This document shows, piece by piece, positions 1 through 13,600 of a stretch of 64,000 bases of DNA (positions are counted from its first letter, which is position 1; each line of letters opens with the position of its first letter). The DNA is taken from positions 42,042,401 through 42,106,400 of the forward strand of contig CM120641.1 of the NCBI GenBank assembly GCA_051362555.1. The letters run 5' to 3'. Both the position numbers and the translations under genes were made by a program. The stretch is from Lingula anatina (Eukaryota; Animalia; Brachiopoda). The notes below the pieces were generated by a model that saw nothing but the letters and a program-made list of their open reading frames with translations, did not search any database and was not told where the DNA came from.

Positions 1-67
1 GACCTTGCTGAATAGTTCCAAAATAAACCATTTTCCTTCTTCTATAACGACTTCATTTCATTCATAC

Positions 68-2640
68 CTGATCCTATAGGGTGAATACGACCGCATGCAG
101 CCCCCACGTTTTCGTTCCTCTTCATCAGGTCCACCAGGATTTGAACGGCAGAAGGCTGGAAATCAACGTCGCCGTCAAGAGCCAAGAGGAACGTGTTTTC
201 AGCCAGCTTTCCAACTTTGTTTACGTTTTCTACCTTCTGCATCAGGCGATAACCCAAGAAATAGTAGAGATACATCACCTGAAATTATCAAATTAACGTT
301 ACTTATAAAAAAATTGAAACGTGTTTGCCTATTAAATTAGTTCAAATTATCAAAAATAATGTTAGTGTACAATAAAATGTTAATTATTTTAAATTTACCT
401 GACTCCATCTTTTTCTATGTCGTATCTTTGCTTTATCTTTAAGGTGTGCCACCAACTTATTGCCACCAGGTAGCAGCCATACAAGACGACCCCCATACGG
501 AGTTGGAATCTTTGTAGGAGGAGTGATGGACATTGGAATTCGATGTATGGAGCTGAAGATAAGAAGTTCTATGATTTTAGATGGTCATTTTGTTTTATAG
601 AATAATTGTTGGGATGTTGTAATGCCATATTTATGTGATAATGATGAAATTTGCTACTTCCTGTAATAATGAAATTAAAGCAAACAAATAACAATTTGGT
701 GTGTGTCAGTATTAATTTTTAAATAGGCTGATATCAGTATAAAAATAGTAACTGGATATAAATGGCCATATGCTCTTCAAAGACAAAGAGAATGTATGGT
801 TTACAATTTTCTATTTTCAGTCAGATTATTTTCTCTTTGCCATCTGTATTGCACTACACAAGTCTAAAACCAGTAATCTCAGCCAAGGCTCATACCTGGC
901 AGCAATGTCCACAACACGAACCAAGAGTTTGACAAAATCGTTCACTGTGTAGTTAGAGTTGCCATCCGCATGAGGAGTGAACGCATCATCAAAGAAAATG
1001 TGACCTGAATAGATTAAATAGAGTGGCTTATCGTGCAATATTATTGAATATGGATGATTGAAGTAAAGGAAAAATAAATATTTTGAAGAAATTTGATGTT
1101 ATACTGTTATTGAGGAACTGAATCGAGGTCTCCTGAAATTGTACATTTATTATGTATCGTACATTTGGCCTAGTAATTTTATTCTTTGCGTAACCAGATT
1201 TCTTACATATAAACAATATTTCTTTCTCTTGACATTTTCTTTCTCTTTCATCAGAGATTTAACCCAGCACCCTTGCCGTTCTCTCCGACAATATCAAAAA
1301 CGGAAAACAAAAATAAAATTTTAATTTGAGTTTTTACCTTCAAACTCATAGTAATCCGGGTCATTTACGTCGAGATATTGCTGCGCCAGGCGACGGGAGC
1401 ACTGGTCCATGTCAAGTCTTCAGGCGAAACAAAAAATAAAGACCTTTTATCATTTGAATGTTTTTTTAATTAAAGTAAAAAAACTTCTAAAAAATCAATG
1501 TCGTACAAGCTCTTGCCATCATACATGCAGCTGAAGTGACACTATCGACGCAAACTTATTATGAATTCAAATGTTAACTGCATTTTATTATGCTGAAGCA
1601 ACTATTAACAAAAACGAAAACGTTCGTACACACAACCCCCCCCCCCCCCCCCTCGGTGGCAAGGGTTGTCGAAACAACCGCCCTTTTGGTCGGATATGGC
1701 TCGCTCTGAATCAGATTTTGACTCGGGGTTTAATTCCATTTTTCTAGTTGGGTTAACTTAGGGGTACGAACTTATATGCCCCCTATTTCTTGTCTATTCT
1801 TTTTATGATAATTTAACTTACCTGAAAATTGACTTCAGCATCTGTAACATCTCGTTCTCCGTCTCGTGCCACATGGTGGCGCAGATGTAGATCAAGGGGG
1901 TCTTGGGGTTTCGCCTTGCTACAGAAGCGGTATAAACACGTCGGGTGTCGTCGAACGATTTCGGGTTGTTCATTACCTCCTCCACGCGCATGTAATCACG
2001 TACCTAACAAATGAATTCGAATATTTCATTTTTCTATTAAAAATTCATTTTTAATCATCTTTTGGTTTGCTTTCATTTAAAGTGGGCACGAATTTACACA
2101 TTTTTTAATTTTTTTTTCTGAAAGTTTTATAAATGAGGTAAAATACTGTATGTAGTGCTTGGTGTCAAAAAAGCCTTAATACGCAATCCATAAAACGGCT
2201 CTATTAGAGAGAAATGTCGTAAACTCTAACTTTTCCCACACAAAAAACTACAACCAAAAATGCCATGTTGTCCCGTTGCAAAACGCTATGCCATCACATG
2301 ACATCACTTTATGATTGTAGAAGCACGTGACCCACCTTCTCATCCCTCATAAACTCCCTGTCATCTCGGCGCCTGTTCAGCTTCATGTCCTGTTCTAGAA
2401 GAATGCTGCAGTTGAACGGTTTCACAAACAACCTGTTGCAAAAATGATCAAGTATTTTTTTTTCATTATATCATATTACACGGTAGAAAATTTCCAGCAC
2501 ACTGACGCATAAAGCATACATATATACATATCTTTCTTTCTGAATTTTACTATTTTATACACATTTTTCTTATAAAACTTCAATTTTAATTACAGCAATA
2601 ACCTTTTCGTTATTTCTTGTTATTTTTATCTATGTATATC

Positions 2641-2679
<39 letters not shown>

Positions 2680-4651
2680 TGAGAGAGAGATTATTTACTT
2701 CTCTCCCTTGGCCAGCCGTTCAGATCTTGGCATCCAGATATAAAAAGTTATCCATGCAAGTGATGGCCACCAAATTATCCATATCCACAGCCAGCGGTAT
2801 CTCTCGCTCAAGTCGGTGGTAAAGTCGGGAAAGTTCCACTCCAGATGATTAGTGATCAGCTGGAAAAGCAAATTGACTTTAGACTGTAAATCAGTGTGGA
2901 CATAGTGTATTTTGGCGCGAAATTATATCATGCCTTCAACAATTTCTTCAGAACTAATGATCGATAGATCTTGTAGAAAACATCGATATGTCCTTTGAAA
3001 AAGTAAGAGCGAACATTCCTCATCTGTTGTATGTGGCTATTTTATTCAAGTTAATGGTTACTAGCAATTCCACTTAGTGCAAAATGTGTTTTGAGCAGTG
3101 AAACCTGGAAAATATACAGTATATAAGCCCTGATCTATTCACACACTGTTCTGTTTATTTTGGTGTTAAAATCATTCTTAATATTCAGTTGTTTGTTTGC
3201 AAACGTGTCAACTTAAAGCGGAAAGCCATAGAAACGAATAAATCAAAATTGAAGACATGTTTGGTAAACTTACAGAGGAATACGACTTGTTCTCATCCGA
3301 GCCAAGGCCGATGAGTATGGCAACTGCGACAGGTGTCGCCACCGATAGGGGAGCAGCAAAACTAACCCGCTGCATCTGTATCTTACAGGCCGTTTTAGCG
3401 CAGTACCAGCAGACGAGACTACAGCACACCTGGTATGATGCAAACGTAGGCTACGTTTCAATATCTGTTAAAGTGGGGAATAATTTTTCGACAAAAATTT
3501 TTTTAATAAAAATGTGAACATTTCGACTGTATGGTTTACAGTTGGACTGATTTGTTACCCACCTGTATCAGCATGGCAATACCTGCTTCCCAAGTGGCTG
3601 AAGAAAAATAAGGTTCTCCTTCGATGTCCTGATTGTCAGTTCCCTTACATCGTTGGAAATCCAAATGGAACAGCGAAAATACGTCCAAACTGTTTGTGCT
3701 GACGAGCAGTGCCAGAAGTAGTACCGGGGTTATAGCCAACTTCCACGCACTTATGAAAAAGTATATTTTGTTCTTTGCCTGGCGTATTTTTCTCTTATGT
3801 TTTACCAAAGCCTTGTGGATGAAACTGCGGTCTGGGAGATTGCTGAATTTGCTAGATTTGCGGTCAATCCACACAAAGTTTTCCCACCAAGATAAAGAAA
3901 TGAGAAATAGGGAGACGGGTACGAGCCACATTCTAATGGCCGGGGTAATGGCAGAGTTGTCATACTCATTATAGGTCAGATAAAGAGAAGTCTCTGTATC
4001 TGTCGCATTTTTCCTTGATACTGTCTCCAGAGTAGGGACGAAAAACAGTGCTGAGAGCTGAACTAGAATCGCTAGTGAGTCTGAGAGCATGTGTGTACGG
4101 CGGTACTTCTCGGCCTCGGCACGTGGGCGCAAGATAAGCTGAAGAAGGCTGGGTATTAGCGCCACTCCGTGCATAATCAGCAAACCTTGAATGATGTCAA
4201 GAAAGGGAAGGACGAGGAAGACGAGGATGCACAGTCCAACTGAGTGACACGTTTCTACGACAAGAACCTGCAAAGCAACAAAATATTTCTAAGCTATAAT
4301 ATATCTCCACATAAAGATAACTTTATTGCTGACTTTCTGTCCACAGGGTGACTTTAAGATGTTCATTTGTAGATGGATTGTGGAAACAAGAACGTCTGTT
4401 CTGTTTGTTATGTACCTATACAAAGAGTCATCAAAATATTGAAAAGAAAATGATTTTTTATTATACTGCAAATATTAATAAGTGTCCCACATTTAGAACC
4501 ATTGTTTTCCTTGTAGACTTCACACAATGATGTTCATGGAAAAGTTATTTGAAAATTGTCAGAGCTTGCCATTTTTAACATTGTCTTTATTTTCATACTA
4601 TTATTTTTTAATTTTTAATTATTTTATTTTTATTTATTTACTGATTGATTT

Positions 4652-4694
<43 letters not shown>

Positions 4695-7600
4695 TTTTTT
4701 GAGGCTCGACAGCAGAACTTGTATCCACCTATGTAAGTAGTTGCCTTGACAACACAATTAATTAGAAAAATGACGAACAAAATTATTGGTTAGATGTACA
4801 TGTATTTGTTATCTTGGCATCGTGGCATGATTGACGCAACCCACGTAAAGGTGTGCTTTAAAAAAGTGTCATCGCAAAAAGGCGATCAGTTAATTATTTA
4901 GCAAACAGTTTTGAAGATAGAAAAGAAATAGCTATTTAGGTTATAAACACTCTAATGATCCAGTCTACTTTTTACTAAAAGAAGCAAACTGATAAATCCA
5001 TTAAAATAACACAACTAAAGCTACATTTCCCCCATTTTGAACCCCAAGCCTTGGTCCATTAAACGAATGCGATAAAAACCTGGTATATAAACAAGTGACT
5101 CAAACCACCGTCATCACTCGAGGCAAGACAGCCAAGATGTCAGCAAGCCACCTCTTTTATTCAGTGGTGCTAGCCACCACCCTCTTTTATGCCGCAGCTC
5201 AAAAGTTCCCGTCTGCGGATTATATCGCGAAAGTTCATGAGTTGCATCGTATAAATTTGCAGATCAAGTTTATAGAAGAGAAGATGCTCACCGAGTGCAA
5301 AGGGTTTCACATCAATGTTGCTCCACTTGGTTTTCCAGACAACATCTTTGGGAAAAGGAGCACTAAAACCATTGAGGAAGTGCAGTTTGAGATAGAGCTC
5401 GCAAAACCTACGCTGTCAAGCTGGAAAACGCAGTATTTTGCGTGCAAGCAAATATCACTGCGGAAAGGTATGAAACCACCTGATGAGATTTTTTTCTAGT
5501 AAAGACTTCTCTCACTCAAGTTTATTTCTTGTATTTTGGATAAAAAAGGTACGTCACCTTGGTGTATTCAGCCTCACATAAAATATCATTTTTGCCAGTT
5601 AAGGCAACCAGAACGATTACGATATACATGTAAATGTACATTAACACTTATATCGGACATGTTTCAACACAATCCCCATAAATGATTTTTTCATCAGTAA
5701 AATAATGAAAAAATAACAATTGAATCTTAATCTATTTTATTTTAGTAATTGATTTTATGTAAGGTAATCAAGATTGCATTTCATTATACGAAAAAAATTG
5801 CATTCAGGTTATGAATTTGGCCATGACATTATGAGGAATGGTCGATGTCGGATTTTTCGCTAAAATATAGATTAAAAGGAAGAAAAAAGCAAAAATTTAA
5901 TAAGAAGAAATGCAGTGAACTGCACCTCCAAATGTGTTAAATTTAGCATGAAGTTTATGCTACATGCTAAGCCTCAAAGACAGCTTCACTGTATGGGGTT
6001 TAGAATTTTCGCCATTTAAGTTTTAATATACAGAATTAAGTAAAGCATATTATACAGGGCTGTGTTTTTTTAGGATAATTGGCTTGGGTTGTCAATACGT
6101 TACATGATAATTGTCTGTGACAAAAAATGCACCATTTTGAAGTGGCTTTCTTCTTTTTGTGTGAAAAACGCTAAATATCGATCAATTTATTGGAGTCAAT
6201 TTGGGTTTGAACTGTAGACGGAGAATTGATATTCGTATAGGTGTACATACCCGCCGTCGGATTTTTCAGTTTAAGGAACAGACATCTTAAAATGCACATT
6301 TTCATATGGAAATATTCAAAGAGTTATGCGGCACGTTAGTCTTTTATCTATAGTCCATGTAATTAATTATTCGAGATCTTTTAACTATTTTCTCTGCGTC
6401 ACCAAAGAAAAACAATATCCAAAACAATTGACAAAAATGGCCTATAACGATCTATTATCCCGTTTTTACAACCACGATTGAAATTCGAAAGTCTTCGTTT
6501 CCATTACAAAGGCGGCTTAGGCCTATACACATTGGAGATTCAGGGAAAAGTGTTGAAATTTGCCGGAAAAAATATTCATTTTCGATTTTTTTTTTTACTT
6601 TTATATATTTGATTTAATACTTTCTTTAAAAAAGTTGTCAATTTTTCCATATAAAGGTCTAACGCACACTGTAGGATTCATCCAAACGAATATGGGCAGA
6701 TATGCCCCCTTCGCTAACATGAAATGTCGAATTCAACCCGCGTCTTACCAGCGTCAAATGCCCAACATTAAACCAAAATTTCGCAATATTTTCCCTTTTA
6801 GCGAAGTGGGGGAGGATGGTAAGCCTGCTGAATATTTTTTTCTTGCTTGCCTGCTATGACAAATAAGACATATGTTTTTTATAATCATATAGTCGCAACA
6901 CATAAATGGGTCTTTTCTACATGTCGTATTCTAAGAGATGTTTTTTTTTTAATCGTATGTCCTCTTTTTGGCCATTGATCAACTATTGCTATTCTCTTTA
7001 TAATTATAGGTGTGTTTCTGTCTACATCCCTAAAAAGTTAGTCCCATGTTAGTCTTTTATCTATAGTCCCATGGTCTAAGTATTCAGTTTATTCAAGATA
7101 TGTAAATCATACCGGTATATCTCAACACTATTGCTATTCACTGAATATCACAAATAGGTGGAAAAACCATCAAGACACCTCCTTGATAAGGCACCTTTGA
7201 CACGTGCCTGCCGTTCATGACTCCAGCTGGCTGATATATATTCAGACAGTATACGAGATAATTCGTGGACCAGGAAGGTAAATTAACCGAATAAGGTTAA
7301 GGTTAGACCAATCAGGGGATAGGCAGTAGTGTGTTTTGAACGTTTATATTTATCAACCACCCATAGCATCCAAATATATTACTTATTAACATGATATGGA
7401 TAAAAAGCATATCTCCGGTAAAGATTCATGAAAAAATCAATTACCATGGAAGATGTTCGTAATTTAATGTTAAAACAATCAATGTGGTTTGTTGGTTTTT
7501 TGTTTTTCGTCATCTTATCAAAACATGGTCAAATAAAACTGCTCATGATAGTGTTTTAACAATTGAAAAATTTAAGCAAACTTTTAAAATTACAAGTCTC

Positions 7601-10600
7601 TACCAGAGGCCAGCTGAATAGTGCAAGGTCATTTGAAGGAAGGGATGGGGGTCTGCGGGTGCAAAACCGACCATCACCATCCCCCCTTTGGTGTGGGGTT
7701 CGGGGCCCGCTAAAGGGCCCCAAATTTTTTTGGTATTTTAAAAGAGGGTGAACGGTGCCATTTGGTACGGTTTAGAACTATGATTCAGCTTGTCAAAATT
7801 TTAATTTAATTTCAAGAGGGTACCACTTGTGTATTTTTTTTTTTTTCAGAAAACGAAGGGGGGGGTCAGGACCCCCCCCCCTCCCCCCGACACCCCCTTA
7901 ATCCGTCACTGTAATGGTGTCCAATTCGTGCAAAATATCTCGTGCAAAAAGTTGCACAGAATTAGCCAAAGAAACATCCGTGAATTTCTGGTGAAAAATC
8001 AATCTGTGATTCTTATATTGGGTATAAAATTAATTACCATGTATTCCTATGAGTGACTAGTTGCAGATTATCGCTTACCACATCGTTTATCTTTCATGAA
8101 CAGCTAAACCATGTCAAGACGGATTCGTCAACTTTGAGGATTCCTGCTACTATTTCAAGTCTTTCGTTGCACAGAAATTAACCTGGGACGAGGCCAGAGC
8201 CCGTTGTCAAGCAAAGTCAGCAGACCTTGTTACCATTGAGTCCAAAGAGGAACACGAGTTCCTTAAGAAAAATCTTAAACGTAAGTTCGCTTTTACGTCA
8301 TTATGAGTAAATTCATTTAAATAAATTTTGTAAACTGCTCTCTGCAGTCTAAACAATGTAAGTTTAACGCTCTATCTATTGGTTTTCCACCTCTCAAATC
8401 ATCGACAACAAAACAGGTTAACGTTTTTAACTGCAATAAGCCAGTTGGATGTTCATTAAAAAAGAATAAAAACAATGAAACTCTCAAAAACATGGATTAC
8501 CCAGAATACACGTGTGGAATATTCTGTCTTTCAGCCATTACTAAGCAAGGTATTTTCCAAGGCTGGTTTGTGGGGGGTAAAAGACGCCCTGGTTTCTTTG
8601 CCGTTAGCAAACAGCAATACTACTGGGTGCCTACTGGGGGAACTGTTACCTACGACGGGTGGAAGAAAGCTGAAGGAGTGCCAGGTGATTACCAACCTGA
8701 TGGTAGCGGCACATGTATGATCCTGTGGATTGGAAGAGAAGACTTCGTTGATTACGAATTTGACGACTGTAAATGTTACGGCATTAATGATAACTTGGGT
8801 TTTATTTGTGAAAAACCAAATCAGTAAATTATGGATCACGACCGCACAGCACCACTTCAAGGTATTAACTTTCAAAAAGATTCGGAAAATATATCCATTT
8901 AATTGTCCGAACATTTCGTCAATTGTGTGAACATAGCGAAAAGGATTTTAATTTCCCCTGTATGATGTAAAGGAACGCAGCTTTAATTTTTATCATAAAT
9001 GAAAATAATAAAAACAATAATACTGAATGACCAAGATAAAAACGTCTCAAAATAAAGAAAAATTGTATGTGCTCAAATTGTTCAGATTCCAAACATTTGT
9101 TGACTTGAATTACATCATAAAAATAAAACATGAATGAACTGGCACTAACAGTTTTATTAGCATTCTTTCAATACGACAAAAGGCCTTTTTGAAAGTCGGT
9201 CGTAATCAACCAAAATTTCGTTGCGTTGAGCAAGTTAACTCTACCAATTATTTTAATGGCGATGTTGATAACGTTATACTGTAGCTCTGCTTTGCCAGAT
9301 GCTAATACCAAAGATTAAAATGCTCTCAATTGCACATTTGCAAAAGGAAATCAAAACGGTCTCATCGTCTGTTGAATTTCTGAGCGTTAAAAAGTGCAGT
9401 GTTTGTCTTGCTTTAATTGCACTGTTATCGGTCATGTCTTACTGAGTTTTAACTGACAGTCAAAACTGTTAATATGGTTCTCCAGGATTTTAATTCGTCT
9501 TTTTACTAGTGCATTCTCAAAACAACGATGTCTTTACATTTGTGTTTCGTTTGAAAAGCACTGTCATTTCCTCGGTTTTACTGATATTCAGAATAAGATG
9601 AGTATACTTGCACCACTATATAACATTAAACATTTAACATATTTAACATTTTCTATATGCACTCTCATCGTTATCAGTAAGTCACCCGACAGGCGCCGTA
9701 TCATCTACAAATTTCACGTAAAAAGTTTTCAAAACATATTAAATACAACGTTTCAAATGTGTTGATGTTCAAAGAGGAACGAAACATGTGGAATAAGTCT
9801 ATTTTTGGATGAAATGGAAATAGCACAATCATGTTGTCCTTTGAAGCACAATCATGAATCACGTCAAGTGCTCAAAAATTCCAATAATCTCAACTAACAC
9901 ACCAAGCATTTATAGCAATCAGTACTCACAAGCCACAAGATATCTATAGGTTCTCCTCCTGTACTCTGAGAGTACTTTCAAGTTTACATTGACGGGTATC
10001 TAATTTTTCCTGTCGGAAGACGGTCAAAAATGGAGGATGGAACAATAAAGATAATTTGGAAGCCTGTCAGAAAATATGTCTGGATCCGCCCCTGCTCTCT
10101 CTCGTATCCTAGCACATGTAAATATGCCATGAGATGGGTTTTTAGGGCACTTACTCATTCCCCTCGATACACAATTTTAACTTAACCACACACTGAAAGA
10201 AATTAGTAGTACTTTAACAGATAGTGCCTTTTAAACCAACGTTTATTCATATTCACAATTGCAAGCTCTCCTTAAAAAAAGGAAGAAAATAAGTTACACT
10301 AAATTGTTTAAAAAAATACACAAAGATACTGGTAAAAAGCTTAAACTCTCTTATTACATGTATGTTATAATGAGACAAGGGCTTGTTTGTACAGTGTATG
10401 CGTGAACATATCAGGGAGAAGGGAAATGTTCCCAGAAATATATTTCTTTAATACTTGTGATCCATACCTAATGCATTACTGTTTTTTTTTTAATAAATTT
10501 CGAATCTCAGTGCTTCATACAATTTATGAAGAGTATCGGCAAAATACACTCCCCTTGACTTCTAAATTCGACTTTTAAATTCGATGAAGTCTATCCACAC

Positions 10601-13600
10601 TAATTTTACGAACTGTAGTTAGCCTCTGGTCAATATTCTTAAACGAAGGATCCTTTATGGTCAATATATTTAAGAGACTCTCGACTCTTGCCCATAAACC
10701 GCCGACTTAAGGCACCCAAGCTCTTGAAAATTAAGTACTTAAAAATGCCCATTGATAACATGATATATGAGCTGCATCTTGTTTTATATTGAAGTGCCTT
10801 TTCTAATAGGGAGATAAGGCATACTTTATCATTGGCAAACAACAAAATGGAACTTGCCTTCCACAAAAAGCGTTGGCGTACAGTGCTAAATAAGTTAAAT
10901 AACTTAATGGCGCATTGTAGTGGCTAATAAATGCATAGAGTGTCGTTTTTTACTATTTATAATATATAAGTGACGGGATTTTATTTGTTTTAGTGATCAT
11001 CATATGTTAGAAAAGCACAGACGATAAGATATTTGTTTCTTTACGAGAAGAGGAAGAAGTATTAAGTTTTATTTAACTTTTTTTAAAAACATTTTTGTAG
11101 AAATCTTGTACTTATAGTTTAAAAGCTTTATCTAATAAACCACCCTAAGTCTTATTTCCCTGCTAACTCCCGTTTGGTCTTAAAATATTTTACAATATAT
11201 ATGAAGAACAGGCCTTATCAATTTTTTATTAAACAATTTATCAATGTTCAAACATTTGCAAAACAAACGAAATGCCTTATACTGTACATTTATCAGGCAC
11301 AATTGACAGCTCAAATAAATAAAGGGTTTTTTCATCGAGGTGAATTCCTGTCAACAGCAGATTTAGAGTGAAATGTTTCTTTTTTTTTCATGAGCAAGAC
11401 TGACCAGCCACTTTACCAAACATTAATTAAATCATTGATTGCAGATCAACCCATCGTGGGCCAATTTTGCAATTCTTGTCCAGGGATGATCAATTTTTTT
11501 CATCGATGAGATTTTTTATAAATCCTGCATAAGCACGAATTTACTTTTTCCGTGTGCTTAAAACGCTTTCAACCTCGTAGGGCCAAATGTACTGTAAAGT
11601 ACCTGAGGTCAACTGACTGGTGACTTCAATTCGATTAACTAATTTTCAGAGTAAAGAAAAGTGCACATACTTAGCCAGAGACATAACATAAAGTGAAAAT
11701 CGATCTGTGACCCCGGTAAAGAGTACATGAAATACGATGTCCACTTTTCCGCCTAATCCCTTGGCCCTGTTAAGTATTAACTCTAAACGATATCATTGAT
11801 ATTTCAGAACGCTGTGGCGTAATAGTGGATATAGTTGCTATGCTGCTCTAACAGTAGTCTTGTGTGCTAACGTGCTGAACGGCCGTTCTAGCTGGAGATA
11901 ATTGAGAATGTGGACACAGGGCCTGAAAACAATTTTCATTGAGGATATAGGTATAATACCAATATACTCCCTAGCAAGGTCTCTCTAGCTCTTACACTGT
12001 ACTTAAGGGGCTAAAGTCCTTCGACCGATTCTATAACTGCAAGAACAGCAAGTGAGGTCTCTGATGGACAGTAATCATAACAAATGTACATGTCCAACAG
12101 GGAAAAGGAGGGATGTGGCGAAATAAAGGCTTCATGACACAATGATTACATCTATACATAAAAAAGAAAGACAAAATCGTGTTCCATATTTACTTTAATT
12201 ACAAATCTGCAACAATCAGGCATATCGAAATCCCAAGGGTAGTCTTCTTCTTAATCTTTTTATTTTTTCTATTGATTGATTAATTGGGGTTTAATCAGTC
12301 CTTAACTTGAGTCAAGCGCTCAAAAATTGTCCACGTCACCAGGAAAACGTGTTGTTTGTCTCGACAAAATTCCATGCGCTGTTCTTTAAAACATTAATGT
12401 CTAGCCCTCAAAATTTACTTTGTAAACAGATAAGCATTTGTTGCCAGTTACTTAAAAATGAAGCAGACATACAGAAAATGTTAAGTTGCACATAAATAGA
12501 TTGATGACTTCCGGGTTTGCCTTCTACCGAAATTTATCTTGATTCCTAAAATTGGTGTATAAATAGAAACTGATATATTTAAAATTGCGGAAATTCGTTG
12601 TAGGGGAAAAGTTAATTTAAGTTTGATAATATAATTGTTTCACTATGTGATATGAAAAAAATAATGTGTCATCGATGTAGACCAAAAGCAAATAAACAGT
12701 CGTGTTAGACTGAACTTGCTTTTCGTCGACTTTCAACTCCAAATCTCACATAATTTTTCCCTATTAAATCATAATAAATATTCATCTGATAAAATTTTGC
12801 CTCAATTATTTCAGCATATTTTGTATACACCTTTAGGCTTGTTTTCGAACCACTCTGTGAATATAATATTTCTAGCTTCTTTGCATTGTCTCATCCTGGA
12901 AAAAGAGATCTCGGTACAGAGTCTAACATAAGTGGTACGTAATGATAAGAAAATTATTTACAGTCTACAGAATCATAAAAATAAAAAAATAAACAAATAA
13001 TAATATTGAGACCCATTTTAACAGCACTTTTATTTAAATTACCAGGAGTGGTAATGAACTTGTGAACAAAATTTTAGTGACACCATGAATTGATTTTTGT
13101 AATTTTTGAACAGGGTGTTTCCTTCATAGCAATGTACTTATGTCAACATGTCAACAGTTGTGTGTGTTCAGTATCAGCCGGGGGGCGTAATGGCCCTCGG
13201 CATCATGCTGATAAGGGTAGAGGAGCGTCAGCAACTTGGCTGTATTTAGTTTGCCTCGTAAGGCAGAGTTCCGAGAAGAGCCGAAGAAGTTATATACCCA
13301 TGTCCATTCGTTACAATCGTCCGTGGTTGGATGATCGTTGACCGATGCAAGTTTGCAAGTTTCTTTAGTGTAAGCTCAAATTATGTGTTTAAACTACACC
13401 CACGCGCTCCTTATATTCTAAATACCGATTTATTTACATATATCGGCACATCTTTTTAGATTATGGCGGTTGTGAATGCCGGATCCAAATTCCAACACTC
13501 ATGGCTTATGAAATCCCTTTTTGAGATAGTATTTTTCTACTTCTTAAAGCATAGTCATTAAGAAACTGTTATAAGTGCACCACACCCATGTGATTTATTT

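Noticed and set aside
7246-7277. Candidate micro-exon (TTCAG|...AAG|GTAAAT) within intron 1 of the nested gene
   Set aside because: It is 32 nt, so it would break the frame between exon 1 and the CTLD exon, and the nearby ATG hits a stop. At most it is a non-coding alternative exon.
11400-11900. Nuclear-receptor half sites and other TF motifs as a CHS intronic enhancer
   Set aside because: Short motifs are expected by chance and no conservation evidence is available.
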